A stretch of DNA of 64,000 nucleotides, taken from NCBI RefSeq assembly GCF_037042905.1, contig NC_087245.1, positions 24,120,001 to 24,184,000 of the forward strand, read 5' to 3'. The position numbers and the translations under genes are program-made. Source of the stretch: Lytechinus pictus. Lineage: Eukaryota. Shown here in pieces: positions 48,763 through 61,291 of this stretch; position 1 is the stretch's first letter; each line of letters begins with the position of its first letter. The notes under the pieces were generated by a model. That model was not told the origin of the DNA, ran no database searches, and saw nothing but the letters and a program-made list of their open reading frames with translations.

Positions 48763-50283
48763 CAGTGGCGTAGCTAGGATTTTTTCCTGGGGGGCACTGG
48801 GGGGTCCTTGCTTTTTCAGGGGGGGGGGACATTTTTTTCTGTGTGTGTGTATATACTATGTCACAAGGGCAGATCCGAATGGGGGTGGAGCCCGAAATTA
48901 TCTTCACCTATATTTTCCCCGATCAGTCACTTCTATAAAACAACCTAAAATATGAAATAATCTCATAAGCTCTATATAAAAAAGTGCGAGCGCGAAGCGC
49001 GAGCGATTTTTTTTATCTTTCATTTATTTTGTCCTGAAAATTGAACATTCTGGGCACAGTTTAATCCTGAACAAGATGTGTATGTAACTAGATAATTACT
49101 GCAAACGCAAAGCACGAGCAGAAACTTGTAATGAATGTTCTAGCATGATCGGAAACAGACCTGTTAAGGACTGTTTACAGCTACCCACGAATACGGTACA
49201 TATATCAATAATGGGAGCGTGAAGCGGGAGCTAAAACTTCATTTCGACCTAAATAATTGACATTCTAAGCACTTTTTGTAATCATAAATGGGATAGGTGC
49301 ATGTATGTAACTAAACAATTTGGAAGAAAATTAAGATTTTAGACCTAAAAGCGGGACACTCTATTCATATTTTGTAAATTATGAATAGGATATGGTTAAT
49401 TGGGTATCATTGATAATTATTGATATTCTGATCTGAAACTGGATAAGCATATTTTAAATAAAGAACATTCAGGCTATCTCAATAAACATGCATGCGCATA
49501 TTTTAGATTTAGACCTAGAATCTTGGCATTCTGAATACATTTTTATAATCATGAAGATCAATAATGCAAGCGCGAGCTGAAAACATTTGATATTATGATC
49601 TGAAGAGGGTTAATTTAAAAAACTATTTCAAGTACTGTGTAGGAAAATTGTGAAGTGGATGTGGATCACACTTTATAATGAAAGATTTGTTTATCTAACA
49701 TGCGTAATGACAACGTGGAAGTTTTTGTTTTTAAGGCTTGACAACTAGAAATAAAAAAATAGGCCTACGTTTTGACAGTCACATCTGAAAATTGATATTT
49801 TGAGAACTTTATGGAATACATGAAGACAAGGAACTTGGCAATCAAATAATGCGACCACGCAGCGTGAGCTTAAAATGTTGATAATTATGTAGACCATATT
49901 AACAGACATTTTACAGAGTGCATTAAATGAAAAAAAAACAATGAAAGCTCGATGTCCGAGATGAAATATGTTTTGTATATTGACTTCAAAACTTGACATT
50001 TTAAGCTCCATATCAGCCTATTGAGCAAGATATGAATCTCATCGAACAGGAAATTTGAGCGTGAAGCGCTAGCGAAAATTTTATTTAGTAACATGAAAGA
50101 TTTTTTGTTTTGCAAGTCTCACTCGTCTTCCTCCTCTTCTTTTTTCCTTCTGTCTTTCCCCTTCTCTTTTCTTTCTTTTTTTTTTTGCTCCGCCAATTTT
50201 TTCAGGGGGGGCAGCCGGGGGGGGGGGGGCACGTGCCCCTCCTGGCCCCCCCCCCCCCCCCCCCCCCCCGTAGCATACTCATG
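48763..50283. mobile_element. hAT-like non-autonomous element with GCGCGAAGCGCGAG repeats
   Basis: CAGTGGCGTAGCTAGG left end, degenerate poly-C..GTAGCATACTCATG right end. Confidence 0.65.
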
Positions 50284-51429
50284 CATGAATTATATATCAT
50301 TATGAAGCTAAGATTCCCCTATTTCTGTTGGCATATTCAACTGAAAATTAATTTCTGGTGACTTCTGTGGGGTTTGTAGCAATGTCAAAATCAATATTTC
50401 CCCAAATATTACCATTTCACTAAGCTACATAAATTTAAAGAGACTTTAAGGATATTACTTAATTTCATACACTTATTTGTATGATTGAGTTACATTTCTC
50501 CATTTTATAGCACCTTCCAGAATTCCAGGGGTACTGCCTATGGAGAATAATAAATGAATCACCCCAAGGCAAATCTAGCACCTCTGCTTCCCAGGGCCAT
50601 GGCATCACCTACATTTTTGTTGTTCAGTAGAAAAAATGCTCTTTGAGAGGTTTGAAGGCAAGCGGATTAAGATCAGTGCAAATACAAATGGAAATCTATC
50701 CTGAAAGTGTTTAAGGCAAGTTTTTAGAATGCTTAGTTAATAGGTTACCAAAACCTTGTTGATATCATGGATCTCTGAATGAATGATTAAGCCCACCAAA
50801 CCATACAGTAGATCTGAAACTTAGGCAATAATTTTGTTAGACTTCTTGCAACAGTTCTGAGATCTACTGAAGTATTAATAAGTCATTTTAATTTGTTGTT
50901 TATCTATTCAAGATCAACCCTCCCGAGGAAGAAAACGTCTGATGGTTTATTTTGTTGACAGAGAGACAGAGTCTGACTCCTCTCATTGCTCTGAAGCTGT
51001 ATCACGTACCTGTAGAAGGAACTTCAGCAAAAGTAAGCTATTTTTAAGTTAAAATTTTACATAATGATCATTTTATGTTACATTTTGCACTTTGTTTTAC
51101 CTGTACAAACCACAATGTAACTTGTAAGGTAATGATGATAATAGCAGGGCCCGCTGGGAGATCAGGTTTTGGAACTGCATGAGTGGCTACCCTAGTTATT
51201 TAATGAGCTACTATGGGCTAAGGAACGAATGAGAGCATTTGTCGTTTGATAAATCAATTGGAATCTTAATTTGTAACTGTCAATCTAGATCTAACTGATT
51301 AGACTGACAAGAGTAATCTTGATTTGGTAGTCATTGCATTTTCATATGTCTGTTGTCACAACATTTGGGAAATTAATTTGAAACTATTTCCATGTCATAA
51401 TATCACAATTAAAGGTCATTTCAGGTTAA

Positions 51430-53732
51430 CTCGCATTAAACGGGGGGGGGGGGGGAGGCTGGGAGGGGGTCCCCAACAAATTTTTTCACTATGCAGCTGC
51501 GCGAATATTTTTTTTTTCCGCGCTGCTCCCTGACTTTTTACTTTTAAATATTGCACATCTTTTGAAACCAAATTTGTGATGCCTGGGTATGCGGTTGAGA
51601 AATAACACAACATTTTTTAAAGCACATGTACATGTACATGTAAGACCTGCAATTGCTCCAAAATGTGATTCTGTATACAATGCAAACTCTGTTTCTCAAC
51701 CAAAAATCATAAATGTATACACATTTTATTTTTGTTTATGTTTTGTGCTATTATTGATTGCGAAAGGGTCAGGGTTGGCCGATTTAAATCACGTTGATTT
51801 AAATCATGATTTAAATCACTTCCATTGAAACGTGTTCAAATGATTGAAATTTTTTTTATTTGTGGCTAATTTATTTTTAATCAAAATTGAAAGATTTTAT
51901 CAACTTTATATCATCAAAACATGAATAAATACTTCATATCTACTCTCCAAACAATTGAAATCATGTCATTAAAAATCAGGATAATATTGCATTATAGCCT
52001 ATAAAGTGGTGAACACTCGCCCCCTACTCCACTTGCACTATGATTTTAAAAAATAATTGATTTGAAATAACTGACATTGAAACATGTACAAATGATTGAC
52101 ATGTGGCAGTAATATTTTTTTTTACTCAAAACAGAAAGATTTTATCAACGTTATATCATCGAAACAAAATCCTTCATATCTACTCAAAACAATTGAAATC
52201 ATATGTTTAAGACAGGTTGATCTTGCAATGTAGCCTATCTCGGTTAACACTTTATACGCAGCTGTACACCCACAGCAATAATGGTACTCCAGAACAAAAA
52301 AAATATGTTTAAAAAAGGGAATTCAAAGAGTAAAAACTGAATTTATACTATTATAGGCCTGAATTTAGCCAAGGCCTGTTCATACTTTCTGTACAATTGT
52401 GCTCATTCAGCAGGTACACTGAGAAAGGTTCAATAATGCACAGATAATTGAGTGCAATAATACACAAAATCTGCATTGTCCCTGGTTTTATCCCATTAGT
52501 ATAACATTTTATTACATGTATTTAAAGCTGTAGAACCAGGTGTTCTTATTCCTAGCAAAACTGCTAAGAACTGCCAAATTAATATTTCAGGTTTATTTTA
52601 CTAGAAACCTCCCACTTCCCCGATTGTACGAAAAGAAATAATTGAAATAAACTTGCAACTTTTTCCCAGTAAGTCACAGCTTTGCAAACAATGCTTTGAA
52701 CAGTAAAAAAGTTCAAATTGTGGCTCAAATAACAAAGGATGTTTAACAAATAAAAAAAATTGTAGTTTTCTTTAACACATTATTTTCTGTTCTTGGCATG
52801 AAAATCGAGAATGTTTCTCTTTGAAGAATGTGAGTTTCTGAGTCATGGAATTCTTCCAAAGAAACTGATCCTCGTTTCATGTTTGAATAGGAATACGGTA
52901 CTAACTTTGCTGTACCAAGACCCAAACCATTCAGTAGGAGCTGAATACCTTATACGAGAGGATGCAGAAAACAGCCTCGTCATCATGACTTTCAATACGG
53001 TACTCAATATAAATTCTATTTTGACTGGAGTTTATTATCATGAAATAGAATAGAACTTAATAATAATTTTAGTTTCAAAATGTATGATTTTGACTCTGAC
53101 TTCAGTGTAAGGGTTATATTTTTGGTGTTTCCACTCTGTTTGAGAAATTTTTGTAAAAAAAAAAAAAAATCAAATAAATCTGATTTAGATAAAAAAATCT
53201 GATTTAAATAAAATAAATCTGATTTTTTTAATCTAAAAAAAATTCTTAAAAAATCGCCAACCCTGGAAACAAATTCCAACAAATTTCATGTAAAATAATA
53301 ATGATGATTTGAATAAAACAAAGACATACATACACTATATAAAAAAATAAAAGGCATACAAATTAATTATGTTTTGGCATTTTTTTTGGGGGGGGATATT
53401 TGTTAGAAATGAAGAATTTGATATTTTCACCAAAAATTAATATTACACTATTTACATACTGTACATAAAGTGAGAGTTAACTAAAAGGCAAAAACCTTAA
53501 AGATTTACGGAAAATTTCATACTTATTTGCACAATTAATTACTAGTAATAAAATAAAAAAATCAAAATTTAAAAAAAGCTTAACTATACAACTGTCTTGT
53601 GGTTTACATATGGCTCAAGGTGCATGCAAATTTCTGTGGTGATCTTGCAATCAGCGGCCAAGATCTGAAGGGGGGGGGGGTCATTCGACCCCCCAGTAAT
53701 TCATGGTCTGAAATAACCTAGTTAAATTAGGC
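51430..53732. mobile_element. piggyBac-like MITE split by a nested element
   Basis: TTAA at both ends; 51430-51769 and 53266-53732 are the two halves of the 13194-type family in reverse orientation. Confidence 0.65.
51770..53265. mobile_element. hAT-like non-autonomous element
   Basis: CAGGGTTGGCCGATTT / AAATCGCCAACCCTG TIRs, GATTTAAATC subterminal repeats. Confidence 0.8.
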
Positions 53733-53739
53733 TTAAGAG

Positions 53740-53920
53740 ATTTTTGTCTCACCTGCATAGCAGAGTGAGACTATAGGTGCCGCTTTTTCCGACGTCGGCG
53801 TCAACACCAAATCTTAACCGAAGGTTAAGTTTTTGAAATGACAGCATAACTTAAAAAGTATATGGACCTAGTTCATGAAACTTGGCCAAAAGGTGAATCA
53901 AGTATTACTGAACATCCTGG
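53740..53920 (+). mobile_element. 5' fragment of a HINE/DINE-like element
   Basis: TTTTTGTCTCACCTGCATAGCAGAGTGAGACTATAGG hairpin start, CGTCGGCGTC, ATGAAACTTGG. Confidence 0.55.
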
Positions 53921-55517
53921 TACATTCATGCCCTGATGTTTTTGTTTTTGCTGACTTTACAGAGCGAAATGCAGCCTGTCTGGAATTAGCGGCAATACTG
54001 AGGATGAAATGCTGCAGAAGTTATTGTCTTCATAAGATATCAAGAATAGATGCAAGCAAGGCCCGCAGAAGATTTCAGAACAATACTCTAGCAGATCAGA
54101 GGCTATGGATTTTGCAGTACCTTATTGAACATCACAACTTTGTAAACATGGGTGGAGACTCATCCTTGGGATTACTAGGACCCGCTTATGGAAGATGGAG
54201 TCAGGATTAGCAGGTAAATGGTTCAAGAGGTACATGTATCCTTTAACATGACTAGTACCATTCTTGTAAAATTAAATCATGATACGTACTTTAAACTTTC
54301 TTTTTTTTTCACTTAATTTATTTATAAGGGATTATAGTTTTACATGTTGTCTCTTAGGATCTGGTTCTGCTATAATCATTGGTGCAGGAGCTAAACCCAG
54401 CAAGCTTATAAAGGACAATTCTTTGGTTCACTTGATAGACACAGATGTCTTTTCCCAAACATTACAATTATTCAAGCACAAATTCCATGTGAAAATGGGT
54501 CTCTGTGCTTATTTAGGAGATGGGGAAGGGGAGTCTGCTTGTTTTAATCTCAAACAAGTCTTTAACATATTGTTATATGTGCATGCTGGAGAGAAAGATA
54601 CATGTAATGAAGAGGAGTGCTGATATGATAAGACAACTGCAGGATGCTTGATTGTAGGGATAGAGTAAAGAAACTCAAAATCCTCCTTACAATGAAAGGT
54701 GCGTTAATATCAAATTTTTTCGACGAATACTGGTCTAAAAAATGGACTTAAAAGCATTAAAATTGGACATATATAAGACGTTGGATATCAAAATTTAGTA
54801 CACCCAAAATTTCACCAGCAGAAATGTGGTTGTCACCTTTCTCTTTACTCAGTCTTTCCATTGCTTGGCTTGGAATTTAGAACGTAGATAATTCACCCAA
54901 ATAGAATTTCAAAGGGTAAAAAATTACCAAGTACATGTACAAGGGGTACCAAGTTCAAATATTTGGAGGCAGGATATGATTTAAGGATCAAAGGTAATCA
55001 GAATTAATTGATAACATTTTAAAGTGATCACAATTTTAAAGCGATAGCAATTGTTGTACATGTGACCAGTGTAAATTAAGCTCAGGGAATAATATGAAAA
55101 TTTTCTATTGATAATAATATTGTAGAAGATACATGTTTATAGTTTCTTTTGCTTTAAATGTACCACCTCGGTATTCATTTAACCTCCAGAAGGATTGGTG
55201 ACATCTCGTCCATCAAATCAACATCATAAAGGACTTTTTTGTCTGTGATGACGTCAATGGTGTGGCTTAGTGAATTTGTCGATAAGTTTGAAGAGAAACT
55301 GCCAACCAACAACAAAATCCATCTTCCATCATGCCTTACACGTGGAAATGTGTATTGGATTATGAAGGAGGAAGTAGAAGAGCAAGGAGGTTCTGTTTGT
55401 AGTCAGCAATACTTCTTCCGCAAATGGAGACAGGAAATGTCTCATGTTACCATTCCAAAGGTAGGTGATTCTCATGAGTATTTGCACTGTATATTTACAA
55501 AACTATTATACCTTTAA

Positions 55518-56185
55518 CCATAAAAAAAACTGGGCTATTTTGATACCTTAGAAGACTGGGGCAGGGCTGATTCAGCCCCTCCCCCCATATGATCTTGGCC
55601 ATTGATCGCGATGAAAATCTGCACTCGCATTTCACATGGCATAATCTACAAAATGGTAAAATCAATTTTCAAAAATATTACATTGCTAATTAATTATGCC
55701 AATGTATTATGCTAATTTATGCATTAAAAAAAACCTTTCCTCTATCTGAATAAGGCCCTTTTGCTAAAAATAATTCAATATCGCAATTATTATTTTTATA
55801 TATATCATTATTTCTAGAATTCTGATTGATTTCTTTGTTTTATATTGATTTTTTTTATGGAAATCATTGTTACTCTGACCATAGACAACATGATATTTAT
55901 TATGTTTAATCAGTGAAAGGAGAAAAGGTAATACATTTATGAACTTGGGCTAAAAACAATATTTGCATCGGATTTGAACAAAAATTCATGTTTTGGGGCA
56001 ATTTGGGGTCTGTATGCACTAACAAAATATTGGGTAATTTTGGAACCATGTATTCAGGGGTCGCAAGTTTATTCTCAAAAGTTGTGTGAGACTTTAAAAT
56101 GAAAATTTAGTCAATGGCGCAGTCAGACAATTTCGCACGGCAGATATATCACAAAAAATGTTGAGGGGAAATCTGAATCATAGGG
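55518..56185. mobile_element. piggyBac-like MITE
   Basis: TTAA|CCAT ... TAGGG|TTAA, homologous to 13194-13872. Confidence 0.75.
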
Positions 56186-57636
56186 TTAATTATAAAACCA
56201 GAGATTTTGCATTTTATTGAAAAATTTGAAATAACTTCCTATTTCTATCACATTTCATGAAGCTGTTTTGAAACCAAGTAGATTTGATATACTTGACTAT
56301 GTATTCCCCAACATAAACACAGGTCTTTAGGTGATCTACAATAATATAGCATACTTTGCTGGCTTTAGCAGTGCAGCTGCTACAATGGTATAGCACCCAA
56401 CTATGATGATGTTAACTACTATTCCTTGAAAAATTTAGAAAATAAACATTGTGTAATTCTCTCTTTATTTGTTTATTCCAGGTGAACCGGTTTTCGAAAT
56501 GCGACATATGCACCAAACTGAAATCTTGCCTAGAGAAGACAACTGGCAGAGAAGAGAGACAAACTTTACTGCAAGAAAGAGAGTCACACCTTTTCCAGCA
56601 AAAGTAAGTTTCAATGAAATATTTGATAGTGTATATGTACATGCCTCTCCTTTGACACAGAGACCGTCGCCGCTAATCCTTTTATAAACAGAGCGCTGGC
56701 AGCTGACACCCATCAAGCCGGTCGTAAAACTCGCTCTCACTGATGGACAGCGGAAATCAATTGTACGCTGCTCCTACCCATTGCGATGTTGTTCGTTCAC
56801 TTTATCAAAAGCAACGCACAGCAGCGAACGTTAGCGCTATGAAAATGATAGCAGAAACAAGAAAACAGGCGTGCATAAACGTATATTTTTTACGTACATC
56901 GCTAACAACCGGAAATGAAATGCATTGACATCACCTTGCAGATCCGTATATCTACGGCAAAAAAGCAGTTGAAATTCGACGAAAAAATCTGCGGAAAAAC
57001 GTTAAAATTTCATCTTTTTCGGACAGTATTGATGTCGATAGAAGCGCTTACCTTCAGACAGAAGTTGATTTTCATTTGGGCATAAAATTCCACAGGATTG
57101 ATGAAATTTAACGGGATTTTTTTTGATGGACAGACGACAATCGCACATTATAGACAGCCTAAAATAATGTACTGAAAAACCGGATATGAATTGCGCATTG
57201 CATTCTAGGTAATGTAGGGACTTTCCCTATTGGCAATCGGGGCTACAACATGACCGTCTTTGGTCGAAAGAGGGCCAGTGATCAATCGGTGACGATCATT
57301 GGGCGAAAGGAGCTTGTGTAAACAATCGCCCCGGGCGGTCGTCGTAAAAACCGCGTAAAGAGAAAGTTAAGGGTTAGACAGCAATTTTGACAGCTGGAAA
57401 CAGGTGGTGGTCATAAAATGCACTCGTTGAATGTCCATTCGTAATAGGTCCATGCTTGAGGCAATTTAAATTCACATTTCAGTGGTACGCGAGAGTTGCA
57501 GGGATAAGAACACTCAACACCACATGTAATCCTGGATGTCCATCATGTAATCTAACAGAATGTATTCTAGAATTTGCAATTACTTCCTATTTCTATCAGA
57601 AATTTCATGAAGCTTTTTTATTTTACTAAGTAGAGA

Positions 57637-59042
57637 CAACCGCGTAGCCAGGATTTCATTTTGGAGGGGGCGGTAAATGCACGCGAAGCGTGCCAACACT
57701 TACAGAGCGCGCGAAGCACGCTCCCTAGGGGGTGGGTGCAGGGAGGGGGAGTTTCCCCCTCCCGTGCGAAGCTTTCGGTGTTTCTTAAATTAAAATGAAA
57801 AGGAGCCGTCTCTCTTGTCTCTAGTACCTATATCAGCTCCAATTAAGTTGACTATATTTTGATTTTGAACCTTGTTTTTAAAAGTGACTGTGAACGCACA
57901 AAAAGGGATAAATGGAGGAAATTACAATAATATTTACCCAGCGCGAAGCGCGAAAGCTAAAGCGTTTTATCAAGTTTTTTCTAAAGAAAAGGGTCCCGAG
58001 ATAAGGGTATTCCCTAAGTTATACTGAATGCTTCCCTTGGAAAGATCAGATATGATTACAAACAATTTAGCGGCAGTGCATATCTTTAACTCGCAAAACA
58101 AGAAGGGTATATGCCGGGAGGAGAGCAATAAAACTCTGAAATTTCAAAGGGCGGAAGTTTCATCAAATGCAGATATCTCTACCCCATCGGCTCTAATTCA
58201 ATCGATTTTCTAAGATTATTGAACTTCATTACAAGGAAAATAGTGCGCAAAAAGTTGAAACTTCTGTGATTTATTGAAATTATGTAAAAAAGGATGATGT
58301 ATAATTTATTTGATTTATCCTGAATCGCTTAATTTTGAATGATAAAGAAACTTAAGTGTCATTCAAAATTTCAAACTGAGGGCGCAAAACAGGACAGGAG
58401 ATGAATGTGCAGGGAAATTTTAATAGAATTTGATTTTAAAAATATAGTACTTTTTTTATTAAATACAAATTTTATACCTTCCTCTTTTAAAATTAGGAAC
58501 CTGTTTGCCCCCAAATTATGGTTGTTTAGTAATGAGCTGAAAAGCAGGAGAAGTTGCCTATATATGGAGGTGACGGCAGAAATTTATATAAAGATTTTAC
58601 CCGCCCGGAGTCGACCCGACCAGAAGTTGCGCGATCAATTTGAAAAAAAAAGATAACTTCATATACTTCGGCCTAACCTTACTCCTTTTCCATGCCCTAA
58701 TGTATACATTTAACTTTAACTTGCAAGAAACACATAGCTGAGGTCGAAAAACAGGGTTAGAGAAAGGGTTAGGGAAACAAAGGAGAACTGCAATATTGTA
58801 ATTTAACTGCGTGCAGCGCGGAAACAAAATTCATAATATATAAATTTAGAGCAAGAGTGAAGAAGTTTCTCTTCTGAGAAAAAAATAAAGAATAAAAAGA
58901 AAAACCCACAAAGCTACCTTTCTTCCCTTTCCTCCCTTCGCTTTTCCTTTTCTCCTCTCTTTTTTCTCTTTTTTTTTCTTTTTGGGGACGTTTGGGGGGG
59001 GGGCAGGGGGGGGGGCGACCGCCCCCCCTAGCTACGCGCCTG
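57637..59042. mobile_element. hAT-like non-autonomous element
   Basis: CAACCGCGTAGCCAGG / CCTAGCTACGCGCCTG; perfect 8-bp TSD AGTAGAGA. Confidence 0.88.
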
Positions 59043-59844
59043 AGTAGAGAATGATTATCTTCTTTTCTAATTTCGAAAACAAATACAGTTTGGAAGCAAC
59101 ATTGCATAGAGAATCATGTGATCTATGTATTAGTATTGTGCAGGATAAACGGAAAAAAGTCATACGGTCACAGTGAAAGCAACTTTCCTTTCTTTCCAGT
59201 CATTGTTTTAGCTAGAAAATTGGTACTGTAAACAGCGAAGGGTATATTAACAGGCAAAGAGTAATTAGCCAAAAATTGATATTAAATTTTTTTTTCTGAT
59301 GTCTGTTTTTTAATTTATTGTGTTTTCAACTTTTTGTTTTGCATTTTCGATGGACATCATCTGCAACTTTATTCAGAATATAAAGAAAATATTATCACTT
59401 GATTTTAATCAGTAAATGTAGAAATGGTGATATATTTATGAATTTGGCATTACATCACAATTTGCATTGGATCTGTAGAGGAAATCTTGTTTTGGAGCAG
59501 TTTTGGGCCTGATGCACACTTTACAAATGTGTACTGACTGAGGGGTCGCAAATTTGGTTTAAAAAGTTTTGTGAGACTTGAAAGAAAGTCTTAGAATGAG
59601 TCAGCACCAGCTTTATATGTTACAGATATGATGTAAAATTGTCTGGGAAAGTCCCCCCCCCCTTTTAGGATTAAGTTTTGCATTTTCAATACACAAAAAG
59701 TGTACATTCTTATTCCATGAATTTTAGAAAAACAAATAGTTATCAAGTATCACTGAAAATATGACATGAATTTCAGGACAATATTTTTCTCAATATTGGG
59801 CTATTCTTTTACAATGTTCCATTTAATTATGTTTATTATCTTAA

Positions 59845-61291
59845 CCCTATTTCGCCTGGGCTAATTTAGAATGGCATAGCCCGGGGAGACGTACCTGTTG
59901 TTTTTTCTTTCCCCTTCAAACCTCGGATGTTCATTCCGCTTGATCGCGACAAAAATTTGCATGCACACACCCAAGACGTAATATCCACAATTCGATTGTC
60001 AATTGTACTAAACTTAATTCAAATTTATGTTTAATCAATTAAATATGTTACCGTAATTTATACATTAAATCATAAGTTGGCTGTGAATCTTTAAAAATAC
60101 CCCCAAAACTGCTAGATTTTGATCTGGGCAGTCTAGACAGGATTGTTATGAAATGTTTTAAAAATGGCAATTTTTAAAACTTATGTTTTTCATTGTTTTT
60201 TGTTGGAAATCATCGGCAAATTTTTTCAGTCATAACTAACATGAATTCTATTGCTTTTAATCAGTAAAAATAAAAATCATGATACATTTATGAATTTTAG
60301 CTGCATGCAGAATTTGCATTTGATTTGTACATGAAATCACATTTTAAAGCAAATTTTGTTCTTACATGCACTTAATGTTTACGTAACATCGGAATTTGGT
60401 CTTAAAAGTTGCATGAGGCTTAACCCTCAATCTCCCGGGGTATTTTGATTCTTGTCATTCCGGGGGGGGGGGGGGGGGGGGGGGGGGCCATTATGGCCCC
60501 CCCTTAAAACTCAGCCTTGGATTGCGCGATCACAACAAAAATTTGCATGATGGTAGAGAATGACGTAATCTACGCAGTTGCATTGGTAAATTTCACTGAA
60601 TTCATATATTTTTATTTTATATGAATTAATTATGCTAATTTATTCATGAAATCATACTTTTTGCTCTGATTCACTAAATAAAGCTCCTAGAATGCTATTT
60701 TTTGGTGAAAATATTCTTTATAGCATTCCTAACAATTGTGAATGAAAAAAATTCAGGTACAAAGACCGATTTCTTATGTATTTTATTGTTTTTTAAATTT
60801 CTTATGTATTTCTTTGTTTTTTTACTTTTTGTTTTTTATTGTTTTTTCGATGGAAATCGTTCCAAACTTAATTAAGTTTAATCATTAAAGTAGAAATAAT
60901 GATACATTTATGAATTTTGGCCAAATACACAATTTGCATTGGATTTGTACATGAAATCACGTTTATAAATGAGCAATTTTGGGTCTGACATGCACTTACA
61001 TAATGTTGCATAATGTCGTAACCGCGTACCCGGGCGTCACAAATTTGGTCTCAAAATTTGCGCGAGACTTGAAAGTAAAAAGTCAGTGAGCGGCGAGGTA
61101 AAAAAATTTCGCGCAGCAGATATATCGCAAAAATTGTCGAGGGGGGGGCCATAATGGCCCCCCCCCCCTGGGAGAATTAGGGTTAATAAAGGAAATAAGT
61201 CATGAAACATGTCAGCACAATATTTTCTTGTTAAAGATTTATCATGAAAGATGTTGAGAGGGCAAAAACAGCCCCCCCTGGCTGGTTAGGG
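59845..61291. mobile_element. piggyBac-like MITE (outer copy)
   Basis: TTAA|CCCT ... TAGGG|TTAA, interrupted by 60424-61182. Confidence 0.75.
60424..61182. mobile_element. piggyBac-like MITE (younger, nested copy)
   Basis: TTAA TSD; CCCTCAATCTCCC / GGGAGAATTAGGG. Confidence 0.85.

Noticed and set aside
56645..57370. CpG-rich insert in a Sola intron, possibly a piggyBac-like element
   Set aside because: Only the right end looks like a TTAA terminus; no matching left TIR could be defined.
59143..59200. Possible remnant of the missing Sola exon after RFSKCDIC
   Set aside because: Has an acceptor and a KRKK..YGH-like stretch but is too short and degenerate to support.
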